From sequence record SRR22947727_118: a DNA stretch of 44,531 nt; one strand, written 5' to 3'. The notes under the pieces were generated by a model. That model saw nothing but the letters and a program-made list of their open reading frames with translations. It ran no database searches and was not told the origin of the DNA. Positions within the stretch are counted from its first letter, which is position 1. Each line of letters opens with the position of its first letter. Both the position numbers and the translations under genes were made by a program. This document shows positions 9,658-19,525 of the stretch, one piece after another.

Positions 9658-10476
9658 ATGAGTAAAAAAATTAAATATTTAGTTGCGCCAAATCCATTAG
9701 ATAAAAATTTAACTAAGGAAATAAATGGCTTTGATGAAAGTTTTAAGAAAATAAGAACTAAAGTTATCATAGAGAAAGATCTAACTATTTATTTAAATAA
9801 TCAAGAAATAGTAACACTAATGACAGTTGGAGATCATCCTGAATATCTTGCAGTGGGTTACTTATTAAATCAAAATATGCTCAAAAAAACTGATAAGATT
9901 AAAAAAATTGAATACGACACTGATCTTAAAGTTGTTATTTTAAGAACATCTCGAAAAACTAATTATGAAGAAAAATTAAAAAGAAAAATTACAACAAGTG
10001 GATGTGCAGTTGGAACAGTATTTGGTGATGTTTATGATGAAATATTAAAAAGTAAGATTAAATCTAAAAAAAAAATAAAGCATTCATGGATCTATGAAAT
10101 TTCAAAAAAAATTAATTTAACACCAAGTTTATATCTTGAAGCTGGAGCTATTCATGGTTGTGCAATAATTGAAAACAATAATCCAATTATTTATATGGAA
10201 GATGTTGGTCGTCACAATGCAATTGATAAAATTGCAGGATATATGTTTTTAAAAAAAATTGATGGAAGTAATAAAATTTTTTACACCACAGGAAGGCTGA
10301 CTAGTGAGATGGTCATTAAGACTGTGAAAATGAAGGTGCCTATTCTAATATCACGCTCAGGTTTTACATCTTGGGGTGTTGAGCTCGCAAGAAAAACTAA
10401 TCTTACTTTAATAGGAAGAGCAAAGGGGAAGAAATATCTAGTACTATCGGGTGAAAAAAGAATTGATCATAAATAA
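9658..10476 (+). CDS. fdhD: Formate dehydrogenase accessory sulfurtransferase
   Basis: EIVTLMT...LAVGYL, TSGCAVGT, GAIHGCA, EDVGRHNAIDK, TTGRLTSEMV. Confidence 0.96.
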   Translation: MSKKIKYLVAPNPLDKNLTKEINGFDESFKKIRTKVIIEKDLTIYLNNQEIVTLMTVGDHPEYLAVGYLLNQNMLKKTDKIKKIEYDTDLKVVILRTSRKTNYEEKLKRKITTSGCAVGTVFGDVYDEILKSKIKSKKKIKHSWIYEISKKINLTPSLYLEAGAIHGCAIIENNNPIIYMEDVGRHNAIDKIAGYMFLKKIDGSNKIFYTTGRLTSEMVIKTVKMKVPILISRSGFTSWGVELARKTNLTLIGRAKGKKYLVLSGEKRIDHK

Positions 10477-11086
10477 ATCAAAAACAATATTAGTTATTCT
10501 TGCTGGTGGCCAATCACGTCGATTTGGCGGTGGTTATAAAACTCTATATAAGTTCAATAAAATATCCATACTTGATAGAATCATTCAAAATTTTAAAAAA
10601 CTAAAGATGGAAATAGTTTTAAATGTAAACTCTAATGAAGATCAATTTATAAAAACAGGCTTACATTTAATAAAAGATGAACTAGAAAATTTTCAAGGTC
10701 CTCTTGCTGGAATATATTCATCAATGAAATGGGTATTAGAAAATAGAAAAAATATTGAATGGATCTTTACATCTCCATCCGATACTCCATTTTTAAATAA
10801 AAATTTGGTGAATAAATTTTTAAGCACTGACTACAATAATAAAACTAATATAATTATAGCAAAATCCTCCAACAAGACTCATCCAGTAATTGGTTTCTGG
10901 CATATTTCATTAATTAAAAGTTTAGAAGAATTTTTAGCTAAAGATAATAGAAAAATTATGCATTGGGTAGAGGGGCAAAATTACGAATTTTTAAATTTTG
11001 AAAACAAAAATAATTTTTTTAATATAAATACTCAGACGGATTTAGAAGAAGCAATTAAAATTGAGGAGTCTCTAAAAACACTATAA
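10451..11086 (+). CDS. mobA: Molybdenum cofactor guanylyltransferase
   Basis: ILAGGQSRRFGG.YK, QGPLAGI, SDTPFL, HPVIG.W, FFNINT; exact start uncertain (GTG 10451 or TTG 10463). Confidence 0.93.
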   Translation: MKKELIINKSKTILVILAGGQSRRFGGGYKTLYKFNKISILDRIIQNFKKLKMEIVLNVNSNEDQFIKTGLHLIKDELENFQGPLAGIYSSMKWVLENRKNIEWIFTSPSDTPFLNKNLVNKFLSTDYNNKTNIIIAKSSNKTHPVIGFWHISLIKSLEEFLAKDNRKIMHWVEGQNYEFLNFENKNNFFNINTQTDLEEAIKIEESLKTL

Positions 11087-11134
11087 TTTACTGGATAATC
11101 TTAATAATAAGATTATAAATTAATTGTAGAAATC

Positions 11135-12049
11135 ATGTCAATTTACCTTCCCATCGCCGAAATGAATATCAATATCTTCTTAATTGTTTTTATTGGAATG
11201 ATAGTAGGTGCATTATCTGGTTTGTTTGGCGTGGGTGGAGGTTTTTTAATGACCCCTCTTCTAATTTTTTTAGGTATTCCACCTATTGTTGCTGTAGGAT
11301 CCGAAGCACCACATGTTTTAGCATCAAGTGTATCAGGAGTTATAGCTCACTGGCGAAAGAAAAACGTAGACTTTAAGATGGGGTTTTTTTTACTATCTGG
11401 AGGAGTCATTGGATCAACTCTAGGTGTAAATTTGTTCAAATTACTTAAGACTTATGGTCAGATAGATATTGTTATTCAATTTTTATTCATCATTTTTTTA
11501 GGTTTTATTGGAATGTCTATGGCATTTGAAAGTGCTAAAACAACTATTAAAAATTATAGAACTACCTCAGCAATCAGAACTAAACTTCATCAACATTCTT
11601 GGATACATGGACTCCCATTTAAGCTTCGCTTTCATCGTTCTAAATTATATATTTCAGCAATTCCACCAATTTTAATTGGTTTTTTTGTTGGTGTGCTTTC
11701 AGCAATGATGGGTGTTGGTGGTGGCTTTATAATGATACCAGCAATGGTGTACATTCTTGGAATGTCCACAAATGTTGTTGTAGGAACTTCCTTGTTTCAA
11801 ATTATTTTTGTAACAGCTAATTCAACTTTCTTTCAATCCTATTTAAATCAAACAGTAGATATTGTTCTCTCTGCTCTTATGATACTTGGAGGAGTAATTG
11901 GTGCACAGATAGGTGTAAGACTTGGTTCTCAACTCAAAGCAGAATACTTAAGAGGAATTTTAGCAATTCTAGTTTTACTTGTTTGTGCAAAAATTCTTAC
12001 AGATTTAATTCTTACACCTTCCGATCTATTCTCAACCTCTCTAAATTAA
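11135..12049 (+). CDS. TauE/SafE (TSUP) family sulfite/organosulfonate exporter
   Basis: Duplicated G(L/M)(F/M)GVGGGF motifs and about 8 TM helices; conserved alphaproteobacterial MSIYLPIAE-type member. Confidence 0.9.
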   Translation: MSIYLPIAEMNINIFLIVFIGMIVGALSGLFGVGGGFLMTPLLIFLGIPPIVAVGSEAPHVLASSVSGVIAHWRKKNVDFKMGFFLLSGGVIGSTLGVNLFKLLKTYGQIDIVIQFLFIIFLGFIGMSMAFESAKTTIKNYRTTSAIRTKLHQHSWIHGLPFKLRFHRSKLYISAIPPILIGFFVGVLSAMMGVGGGFIMIPAMVYILGMSTNVVVGTSLFQIIFVTANSTFFQSYLNQTVDIVLSALMILGGVIGAQIGVRLGSQLKAEYLRGILAILVLLVCAKILTDLILTPSDLFSTSLN

Positions 12050-14979
12050 TGAACCCATTTAAAAATCAAACAGAGAATGTCAAAACATCACCTAAGGTAA
12101 GTGACGAAGTAAAACAAACAACTTGCTATATGTGTGCTTGCAGGTGTGGGATTGATGTACATTTATTAGATGATCAAATAAGATATATTGAAGGTAATAA
12201 AAATCATCCAACAAATAAAGGAGTACTTTGCGCAAAAGGTTCTGCCGGCATTATGCAGCAAAACTCGCCCGCTAAATTAACAAAACCTCTTCTTAGAACT
12301 GGCGAAAGAGGTAGGGGTGAATTTAAAGAGATTGAGTGGTCTGAAGCTATGGAGATAGCAACTACTTGGCTGTCTGAAATAAGAAACACTGACCCTAAAA
12401 AACTTGCTTTTTTTACTGGGCGAGATCAAAGCCAATCATTAACTGGTTGGTGGGCTAATCAATTTGGTACTTGTAACTTTGCTGCACATGGAGGTTTCTG
12501 TTCAGTAAATATGGCAGCTGCTGGCCTTTATACTATAGGTGGTTCTTTTTGGGAATTTGGTGAAGTTGATTGGGACCATACTAAATATTTTATTTTATTT
12601 GGATGTGCTGAAGATCATGACTCAAACCCAATTAAAATGGGTTTAGGAAAACTAAAATCTAAGGAGGATAGTAAATTTGTCTCTGTTAACCCTATAAAAA
12701 CAGGTTATTCTGCAATAGCAGATGAATGGATTGGGATAAGGCCTGGAACTGATGGTTTGTTTGTTCATAGTTTAATTTATGAATTATTAAAATCTAATAA
12801 AGTTGATTGGGAGTATCTTAAAAGATACACTAATTCAAATTGGTTGGTTTACAATAATCCTGGAAATGAAAATCATGGTTTATTTGCAAGAGATGAAGAT
12901 AATCTTCCTCTTGTTTATTGTAATACTAATAAAAAAATAACATCAGCAAATGATCAAAATGCAAATTCTTCATTTTTTGGAACTTATAAATATAATGACA
13001 TAGATGTTATCCCTTCTTTTGAATTATTATCAAAAGAATATTTAGACCCAAAATATAAACCAGAAAATATCTCTGAATCTATTGATATTAGTCCAGATGT
13101 AATAAAAAGAATTGCTGCAGAAATAGCTGAAACTGCATTTGAGAAAGAAATTGAAATCAAGATTGATTGGGAAGATTTTAATGGAAAAAAACATTCTTCT
13201 TTTAAAGGCAGGCCGATTTCCATGCATGCGATGCGAGGTATTTCTGCTCACTCTAATGGTTTTAGCACTTGCAAGTTAATTCATATTTTACAGACTTTAC
13301 TTGGGTCAATAGATGTCCCAGGAGGTTTTAGATACAAAGCGCCATACCCTAAGCATGTGGTTCCTGGTCCAAAACCTGCGGGGAAAAATATTAAAGCCAA
13401 TACACCGATAGGAGGTATGCCTTTAGGTTTTCCAACTTCACCAGATGATCTTTTAACTGATGAAAATGAGAATCCAATTAGAATTGATAAAGCTTATAGT
13501 TGGGAAAATCCATTATCCGCACATGGTTTAATGCATATGGTAATAAATAACGCATGGAAAGGTGATCCGTATAAGATTGAAGTACTGTTTATGTATATGG
13601 CTAATATGGCTTGGAATTCTTCAATGAATACTGAAGAAACAATAAAAAAACTAATTGATAAAGATGAAAAAACTGGTGAATATAAAATTCCAAAAATTAT
13701 TTACAGTGACGCGTACTACTCTGAAACAGTTCCTTATGCTGATCTTGTGTTGCCTGACACAACTTTCTTAGAAAGATGGGATTGCATATCACTACTAGAT
13801 AGACCTATAAGTTCTGCTGATAGTGCAGCAGATGCTATAAGGCAACCAATACTTAAGCCATCAAGAGATGTAAGACCATTTCAGGATGTTTTAATTGAGT
13901 TAGGTGCGAGACTGGGACTTCCAGGTTTTGTTAATGATGATTTAACTGCAAAGTATCCTGAGGGCTATAAAGATTACATTGTTAACCATGAAAGACAACC
14001 AGGTATTGGACCACTTGCAGGCTGGAGAGGAAATGGGGATCAATTTGGAAAAGGGAAAATAAATGAAAACCAAATAGAGAAATATATTGAAAATGGATGT
14101 TTTCATAATCATGAATTTCAAGACAACCAAAAATATTTTAAATTTACTAATAAACATTATTTAAATTTTGCTCATGAGATGGGATGGATAGCAAAAAACG
14201 AACCAATAGTTATTCAAATGTATAGTGAAGAAATGCAAAAATTTAAATTAGCTGGAGAAGGTTTTGGGAATAAAATACCACCAGAGCATTTAAAAGAGAG
14301 AATCAAAAAATATTTTAACCCTATTCCAAGCTGGTATCAGACTTTTGAAGAAAAAATGAATAAAGATAATGGCAAAAACTTTGAATTGTATGCGGTAACA
14401 CAAAGACCACCTCATATGTATCATTCATGGGGTTCTCAAAATGCATGGCTAAGGCAGATTACTAATCTGAATTATCTATATATAGGAGAAGAAATTGCTG
14501 CAAAAAATAATCTTAAAAATTTTGATTGGGTATGGCTTGAAAGTTTTAGTAGTAAGATAAAAGTACAATGTAAAATTATGAAAGGTGTAAATAAAAATAC
14601 TGTATGGACATGGAATGCTATTGGCAAAAGAAAAGGTGCTTGGAATTTAAGTCCAAATGCGCCCGAATCAAATAAAGGTTTTTTATTAAATCACTTAATA
14701 TCTGATGTTCTTCCAAAAAATAAAGATGATAAACTTAGTATGTCTAATTCTGATCCGATTACTGGTCAAGCGGCCTGGTATGATTTAAAAGTAAAACTTT
14801 ATAAATGTAATAAAAATGAAATTGATGGCAATATTTATCCAAACTTTGATACGTTTAAGAATAAAGCCAGAAAAAATCCAAACCTTAATGTATACGGAAA
14901 ACAGTTTACAAAAGAATATGGTGAAAATAGTATAACTGAGATTCAAGAATTTATAGGAAACAGTAGGAATATAAAATGA
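12049..14979 (+). CDS. soeA: Cytoplasm-facing sulfite dehydrogenase molybdopterin subunit SoeA
   Basis: TTCYMCACRCGI...LCAKG FS0 motif, FFTGRDQSQ, AHGGFCSVNMAA, MYHSWGSQNAWLRQI, SDPITGQAAWYD; no Tat RR signal. Likely start is ATG 12049 (TAATG overlap with the exporter stop). Confidence 0.88.
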   Translation: MNPFKNQTENVKTSPKVSDEVKQTTCYMCACRCGIDVHLLDDQIRYIEGNKNHPTNKGVLCAKGSAGIMQQNSPAKLTKPLLRTGERGRGEFKEIEWSEAMEIATTWLSEIRNTDPKKLAFFTGRDQSQSLTGWWANQFGTCNFAAHGGFCSVNMAAAGLYTIGGSFWEFGEVDWDHTKYFILFGCAEDHDSNPIKMGLGKLKSKEDSKFVSVNPIKTGYSAIADEWIGIRPGTDGLFVHSLIYELLKSNKVDWEYLKRYTNSNWLVYNNPGNENHGLFARDEDNLPLVYCNTNKKITSANDQNANSSFFGTYKYNDIDVIPSFELLSKEYLDPKYKPENISESIDISPDVIKRIAAEIAETAFEKEIEIKIDWEDFNGKKHSSFKGRPISMHAMRGISAHSNGFSTCKLIHILQTLLGSIDVPGGFRYKAPYPKHVVPGPKPAGKNIKANTPIGGMPLGFPTSPDDLLTDENENPIRIDKAYSWENPLSAHGLMHMVINNAWKGDPYKIEVLFMYMANMAWNSSMNTEETIKKLIDKDEKTGEYKIPKIIYSDAYYSETVPYADLVLPDTTFLERWDCISLLDRPISSADSAADAIRQPILKPSRDVRPFQDVLIELGARLGLPGFVNDDLTAKYPEGYKDYIVNHERQPGIGPLAGWRGNGDQFGKGKINENQIEKYIENGCFHNHEFQDNQKYFKFTNKHYLNFAHEMGWIAKNEPIVIQMYSEEMQKFKLAGEGFGNKIPPEHLKERIKKYFNPIPSWYQTFEEKMNKDNGKNFELYAVTQRPPHMYHSWGSQNAWLRQITNLNYLYIGEEIAAKNNLKNFDWVWLESFSSKIKVQCKIMKGVNKNTVWTWNAIGKRKGAWNLSPNAPESNKGFLLNHLISDVLPKNKDDKLSMSNSDPITGQAAWYDLKVKLYKCNKNEIDGNIYPNFDTFKNKARKNPNLNVYGKQFTKEYGENSITEIQEFIGNSRNIK

Positions 14980-15716
14980 CAACCTTACCAAAAAAACAAA
15001 ATAAAAAATTAGGTCTTGTAGTAGATTTAGATATTTGTGTTGGATGTCATGCATGTGCGGTAAATTGCAAAGAATGGAATACATCTGGTCACTCTTCTCC
15101 TCTTCATGACATTGATCCATATGGAGATGACCCAACAGGTGTTTGGTTTAATAGAATTCATACATTTGAAGTAGAAAGTGAAATTAATGGTAGCAAAACA
15201 GTACACTTTCCTAAAAGTTGTTTACATTGTAGTGATGCTCCTTGCGTTACCGTTTGCCCAACAGGAGCCTCTTATAAAAGAGAAGAAGATGGTATAGTTT
15301 TAGTTAATCCTGAAACATGCATAGGCTGTAAATTATGTTCATGGTCATGCCCCTATGGTGCTAGAGAATATGATGAAGAAGCAGGCATTATGAAAAAATG
15401 CACATTATGTGTAGATAAAATTTATAATGAAAATATTCCAAAGGCTGATCGAGTTCCTGCTTGCGTTTCAACTTGTCCTGCAGGCGCAAGAAGTTATGGC
15501 GATTTAGGAGATGAAAATTCTGATATATTTAAACTTGTCGAAGAAAGAAATGGGTATGATCTTATGCCTGAGCAAGACTGCGCACCAACTAATAAATATC
15601 TTCCTCCTAGAGAAAAAAATAATCAATTTAACAAAAATGAACTTGAGTCAATAACAAAGGATAACGAGATTACTTTTGACAGCTGGAAAGAGATAATTGA
15701 AAATGCATCCAAGTAA
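14976..15716 (+). CDS. soeB: SoeB four-cluster Fe-S subunit (DmsB-like)
   Basis: CVGCHACAVNC, CLHC...PCVTVCP, CIGCKLCSWSCPY, KCTLC...PACVSTCP; ATGA overlap with soeA. Confidence 0.88.
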   Translation: MTTLPKKQNKKLGLVVDLDICVGCHACAVNCKEWNTSGHSSPLHDIDPYGDDPTGVWFNRIHTFEVESEINGSKTVHFPKSCLHCSDAPCVTVCPTGASYKREEDGIVLVNPETCIGCKLCSWSCPYGAREYDEEAGIMKKCTLCVDKIYNENIPKADRVPACVSTCPAGARSYGDLGDENSDIFKLVEERNGYDLMPEQDCAPTNKYLPPREKNNQFNKNELESITKDNEITFDSWKEIIENASK

Positions 15717-16644
15717 GTCAATAATTTTTTTTACGGTATTCTCAGGAACTGGTTACGGAATATTACTTTGTCTCTCATGCTTAGCAATTTTAACAGATAT
15801 TAACTTTGATAATAACTTCAAATTATTTTTAATGATAACAAGTTTTGTTTTTATTAGCTCTGGACTTTTATCATCAACACTTCATTTAGGTCACCCAGAG
15901 AGAGCATGGAGATCATTTAGTCAATGGAAATCTTCTTGGCTTTCAAGAGAAGGCCTTGCTGCTATTATTACTTTTTTACCATTAATAGTCTTTTACCTAC
16001 TTTGGTATTTAGATAATTTCTTTTATGTATATTTTCTTCATTCAACGTCAATTCTATGCTTAATTACAATTTATTGCACTGGCCAAATGTATGCAACATT
16101 AAAAACAATTCCCGCTTGGAACAATATATTGGTAACACCAATTTATACAATTAATGCAATTTGTATGGGCGCTCTAACTGTTTATTGCTTTACTCGCTTT
16201 TACGAGTTTGAGATAAGCTACTTATATCATTTAACTATTGCAAGTTTAACCTTGTGTTTGTTTATGAAACTTATTTATTGGTATATTATAAGTAAAAAAA
16301 CAATTAGCACTGCTAATTCTGCCACAGGTTTAGGAAAGGATAATAATATTTCATTATTTGAAGGCCCTCATACAGGAAAAAATTTTTTAACAACAGAAAT
16401 GATAAACAAAATTAAAAAAGAAAAAGGAAACTTTCTAAGATTATGCTTTGGCATACTCACTTGTATTTTACCTATTTATATGATTATTCAAGAAGCAAGT
16501 CTAATAATAGATAGTTTTATCTTAAAACTAACCTTTTTGTTTGTACTGATTTTTGCATTGATCGGAATGCTGATAGAAAGATATTTATTTTTTATTCAAG
16601 CTAAGCATGTTGTAAGTTTATACTATGGAGAAAACAAAGTATAA
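15703..16644 (+). CDS. soeC: SoeC membrane anchor (DmsC/NrfD-like)
   Basis: MHPSKSIIFFT..SG.GYG, HLGHPERAWR.FSQW.SSWLSRE, ERYLFF..A.H; several TM helices. Confidence 0.87.
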   Translation: MHPSKSIIFFTVFSGTGYGILLCLSCLAILTDINFDNNFKLFLMITSFVFISSGLLSSTLHLGHPERAWRSFSQWKSSWLSREGLAAIITFLPLIVFYLLWYLDNFFYVYFLHSTSILCLITIYCTGQMYATLKTIPAWNNILVTPIYTINAICMGALTVYCFTRFYEFEISYLYHLTIASLTLCLFMKLIYWYIISKKTISTANSATGLGKDNNISLFEGPHTGKNFLTTEMINKIKKEKGNFLRLCFGILTCILPIYMIIQEASLIIDSFILKLTFLFVLIFALIGMLIERYLFFIQAKHVVSLYYGENKV

Positions 16645-17388
16645 ATGAATAAAGGTATAATTAAATTAACAACCTTTATCTTGTTGGTTTTGTTTTCTAA
16701 TACTGCTTTAGCAGAAGCTTATTTTGACATATCTGAAAACAATATCAAAATTGACACAAACTTTATTGGTAAAGAGGTAATTATATTTGGAATCTTAAAT
16801 GATAATCAAGAAACAATAATGACTATTAAAGGCCCAGAAAAAAATGCTGTCATTCAAAAAAAAGAGAAAATATTAGGCTTTTGGTTTAATACTAAAAAAA
16901 TAATATATAATGAAATTCCTAGTATTTTTTTTATAGCTTCATCAAACAGTATTAAAGATATCTTGCCAGCCTCTTCAATAATTAAGAATGAGCTTAGTTT
17001 CAATTACGTACTAGAAAATAAAACATCTCAACGAAATTTTATATCAGATGTGTCGCTTGAAACTTGGAAAAATAATTTTGTAAGAATTAAAAAAAGTAAA
17101 AATTTATTTAGGGAATATAGTATTGAGAAAATAGATAATAAACTATTTCAAACAAGGGTTTTTTTTCCAGCAAAATCAATACCTGGAGAATATAAAGTTA
17201 ATGTATATCAAATAAAAAATAATTTAATTTTAAATAATAAAGAAAAAATTATTACTCTAAAAAAATCAGGTATTGGGAACCATATCTATACTTTTGCTCA
17301 CAACAATGCAGCAGCTTACGGCTTGTTTGCTATCATTTTTGCTATATTATCTGGTTTCCTAGCTGCAACATTATTTAGGAGGTATTAA
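16645..17388 (+). CDS. Conserved alphaproteobacterial membrane protein (TIGR02186/Alph_Pro_TM-like)
   Basis: Signal peptide, F.G.E..IFG, KK..ILGFW.N, LF.T...FP...PGEY.V, C-terminal TM YGL..I..A...G..A...FRR. Confidence 0.8.
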   Translation: MNKGIIKLTTFILLVLFSNTALAEAYFDISENNIKIDTNFIGKEVIIFGILNDNQETIMTIKGPEKNAVIQKKEKILGFWFNTKKIIYNEIPSIFFIASSNSIKDILPASSIIKNELSFNYVLENKTSQRNFISDVSLETWKNNFVRIKKSKNLFREYSIEKIDNKLFQTRVFFPAKSIPGEYKVNVYQIKNNLILNNKEKIITLKKSGIGNHIYTFAHNNAAAYGLFAIIFAILSGFLAATLFRRY

Positions 17389-17861
17389 TGAATGATAATA
17401 GATATATTCTGGTAATTGCTGATGACTCACCAGAAATGGAAATAGCACTTGATTATGCTTGTGCACGTTCAAAAAAAACTAGTCGTAAAATAATAGTGGC
17501 AACATTTATAGAGCCTTTAGATGTGTTAACTACTCAAGGTGTTACAGAAATAATGAAAAATGAGGCAAGAGATGAGGCAGAAAAACTTCTTCAGAGAGCG
17601 GCAAGTCATGTACAGGATAAAACTGGTGAGATGCCAGCTTTAGCTGTTAGAGAGGGGGAAACAATATCCGAATTAAAACAACTCATAGAAGAAGAAGAAA
17701 ATATTAACGTTTTAGTTTTAGCAGCAAATTCTGATCCTAAAAATAAAGATTCAAATGCCATAATCAACTCTCTTGTAAGCCAAGAAATCACAAATATGAG
17801 AGTGCCTGTTATGATTGTCCCAGGAAATTTTTCAAAAGATCATATCGCATTAATAACTTAA
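17388..17861 (+). CDS. Universal stress protein (USP family)
   Basis: ILVIADDSPE...ALDYA, VREGE, VLVLAA, VPVMIVPG. Confidence 0.88.
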   Translation: MNDNRYILVIADDSPEMEIALDYACARSKKTSRKIIVATFIEPLDVLTTQGVTEIMKNEARDEAEKLLQRAASHVQDKTGEMPALAVREGETISELKQLIEEEENINVLVLAANSDPKNKDSNAIINSLVSQEITNMRVPVMIVPGNFSKDHIALIT

Positions 17862-17862
17862 T

Positions 17863-18498
17863 ATGTCTGAGATAATTGCTGAAAAATTAATAGATATAGA
17901 ATCAGTTCAATTTTCTTTCAATAATCACTTTACATTAACATCTGGACTTAAGTCTCCAGTATATGTTGATTGTAGAAAGATAATATCTTTTGTTGAAGAA
18001 AGAACTTTAATTATGGATACTGCAATAAAATATATTAATGAAAATAAATTAGAATTTGATTTAGTGGCTGGAGGAGAAACTGCAGGAATACCATATGCGG
18101 CCTTCATTTCTGAAAAAATTAAAAAACCAATGGTTTACATTAGAAAACAACCTAAGGGCTTTGGAAAAAACCAACAAATAGAGGGGAATTTTAATAAAAA
18201 TCAAAAAGCTATTTTAGTTGAAGATTTGGCAACAGATGGTGGAAGCAAAATTATTTTTGTTGAAGCAATGAGAAAAGCTGGATTAGCTGTAAAAGATATA
18301 TTCGTTATTTTTTATTATGATATTTTCAAATTCGAAGAATCAGCTCTATCAAAATTAAATGTTAAGCTTCATTCACTATGTACTTGGAAAGATATAATTT
18401 CTGTTCTTGAGAGAAGAAATACATTTGGTAAAACCGACATAGAAAATTTAAGAGAATTTTTATCTAGACCAGATGATTGGAGGGAAAAGAATGCCTGA
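17863..18498 (+). CDS. pyrE: Orotate phosphoribosyltransferase
   Basis: FTLTSG..SPVYVDCR, AGGETAGIP, YIRKQPKGFG, PRPP-binding LVEDLATDGGS. Confidence 0.93.
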   Translation: MSEIIAEKLIDIESVQFSFNNHFTLTSGLKSPVYVDCRKIISFVEERTLIMDTAIKYINENKLEFDLVAGGETAGIPYAAFISEKIKKPMVYIRKQPKGFGKNQQIEGNFNKNQKAILVEDLATDGGSKIIFVEAMRKAGLAVKDIFVIFYYDIFKFEESALSKLNVKLHSLCTWKDIISVLERRNTFGKTDIENLREFLSRPDDWREKNA

Positions 18499-18919
18499 TA
18501 TAATTTTAGTTAGTGGTGGTTTTGATCCTATACATAGTGGTCATATTAAGTTGATTAATGATGCTAATAAATATGGTGATGTTGTTGTTTTACTAAATTC
18601 TGATGCATGGTTGCGAAATAAAAAAGGGAAAGAATTTCTGTCTTTTGATGAAAGAAAAATTATTATGCAAAATATTAAAGGAGTTCTTGATGTGTTAGAC
18701 TTTGATGACAGCGATCAATCATGTGTGAGTGGAATTTTAAAAGCAAAGAAGCAGTTTCAAAATAATATAATTAAATTTGCAAATGGTGGAGATAGGAATA
18801 ATAATACAACTCCAGAAAAAGAGTTTTGTGATAAAAATAATATAGAAACTCTCTTTGGTATCGGCGGTAATAACAAGTCTAATTCTAGTTCTTGGATTTT
18901 AAAAAAATGGAAAGAGTAA
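18491..18919 (+). CDS. HxGH-family cytidylyl/adenylyltransferase (TagD/RibL/RfaE-II-like), substrate unknown
   Basis: SGGFDPIHSGH, LNSD.WL..KKG, FANGGDR, K.NSSS.IL; ATG 18491 overlaps the pyrE end. Confidence 0.82.
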   Translation: MPDIILVSGGFDPIHSGHIKLINDANKYGDVVVLLNSDAWLRNKKGKEFLSFDERKIIMQNIKGVLDVLDFDDSDQSCVSGILKAKKQFQNNIIKFANGGDRNNNTTPEKEFCDKNNIETLFGIGGNNKSNSSSWILKKWKE

Positions 18920-18922
18920 AGA

Positions 18923-19525
18923 TTAAGGGTATAGTTTTTTTATTTCCCATTTTTTATTTAGTAAAGTGTAAACTATCCTATCATGGATTCTAAAAGGCAT
19001 TTCTTGCCAAAACTCTATTAATTGAGGCTTAACTAAATAACCATTCCAGTGAGGTGGCCTAGGAATATCTTGGTCATCATATTTTGTTTCAAATTTATTA
19101 ATGTTATCTATTAATTCACTTCTTGCTGTTAGTTCTGCACTTTGATTAGAAGACCACGCCCCAATTTGACTTTCTCTAGGTCTTGAGCTGAAATATGTGT
19201 CAGCATCTTCAGCGCTTATAATCTTTGCTTGTCCCTCTATTCTAATTTGCCTATTTTGTGATTTCCAATGAAAATTTAAAGCAATATTATTATTTTCACT
19301 TATGGATTGACCTTTTTTACTATTTGAGTTCGTGTAAAAAATGAATCCTTCCTCATTTTGAGATTTTAACAAAACTACTCTTGAAGATGGTTTGTTGTTT
19401 AAAATAGTAGAAATTGTCATTGCATTGGGGTCATTAATTTCTGTTTCACATGCTAAGTCATACCAATTATTGAATAATTCAAATGGGTTTTGTGTGAAAT
19501 CTATTAAATTTTTATGCTTTAACAT
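18923..19525 (-). CDS. pdxH: Pyridoxine/pyridoxamine 5'-phosphate oxidase
   Basis: PSSRVVLLK, FYTN..S.KG, RQIRIEG, YFSSRP..SQIGAW.S.QS, RPPHWNG, EFWQ...RIHDR. Confidence 0.97.
   Translation of the reverse strand: MLKHKNLIDFTQNPFELFNNWYDLACETEINDPNAMTISTILNNKPSSRVVLLKSQNEEGFIFYTNSNSKKGQSISENNNIALNFHWKSQNRQIRIEGQAKIISAEDADTYFSSRPRESQIGAWSSNQSAELTARSELIDNINKFETKYDDQDIPRPPHWNGYLVKPQLIEFWQEMPFRIHDRIVYTLLNKKWEIKKLYP

Noticed and set aside
11983-12048. N-terminal extensions in the ORF track for soeA (also rluD 24547-24648 and fdhF 5270-5287)
   Set aside because: They overlap neighbouring genes; downstream ATGs with typical start/stop overlaps are the more plausible starts.
12049-16644. DMSO reductase DmsABC or polysulfide reductase
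   Set aside because: The catalytic subunit has no Tat signal and carries SoeA-type motifs (CYMCACRC, GRDQSQ, HGGFCSVNMA).
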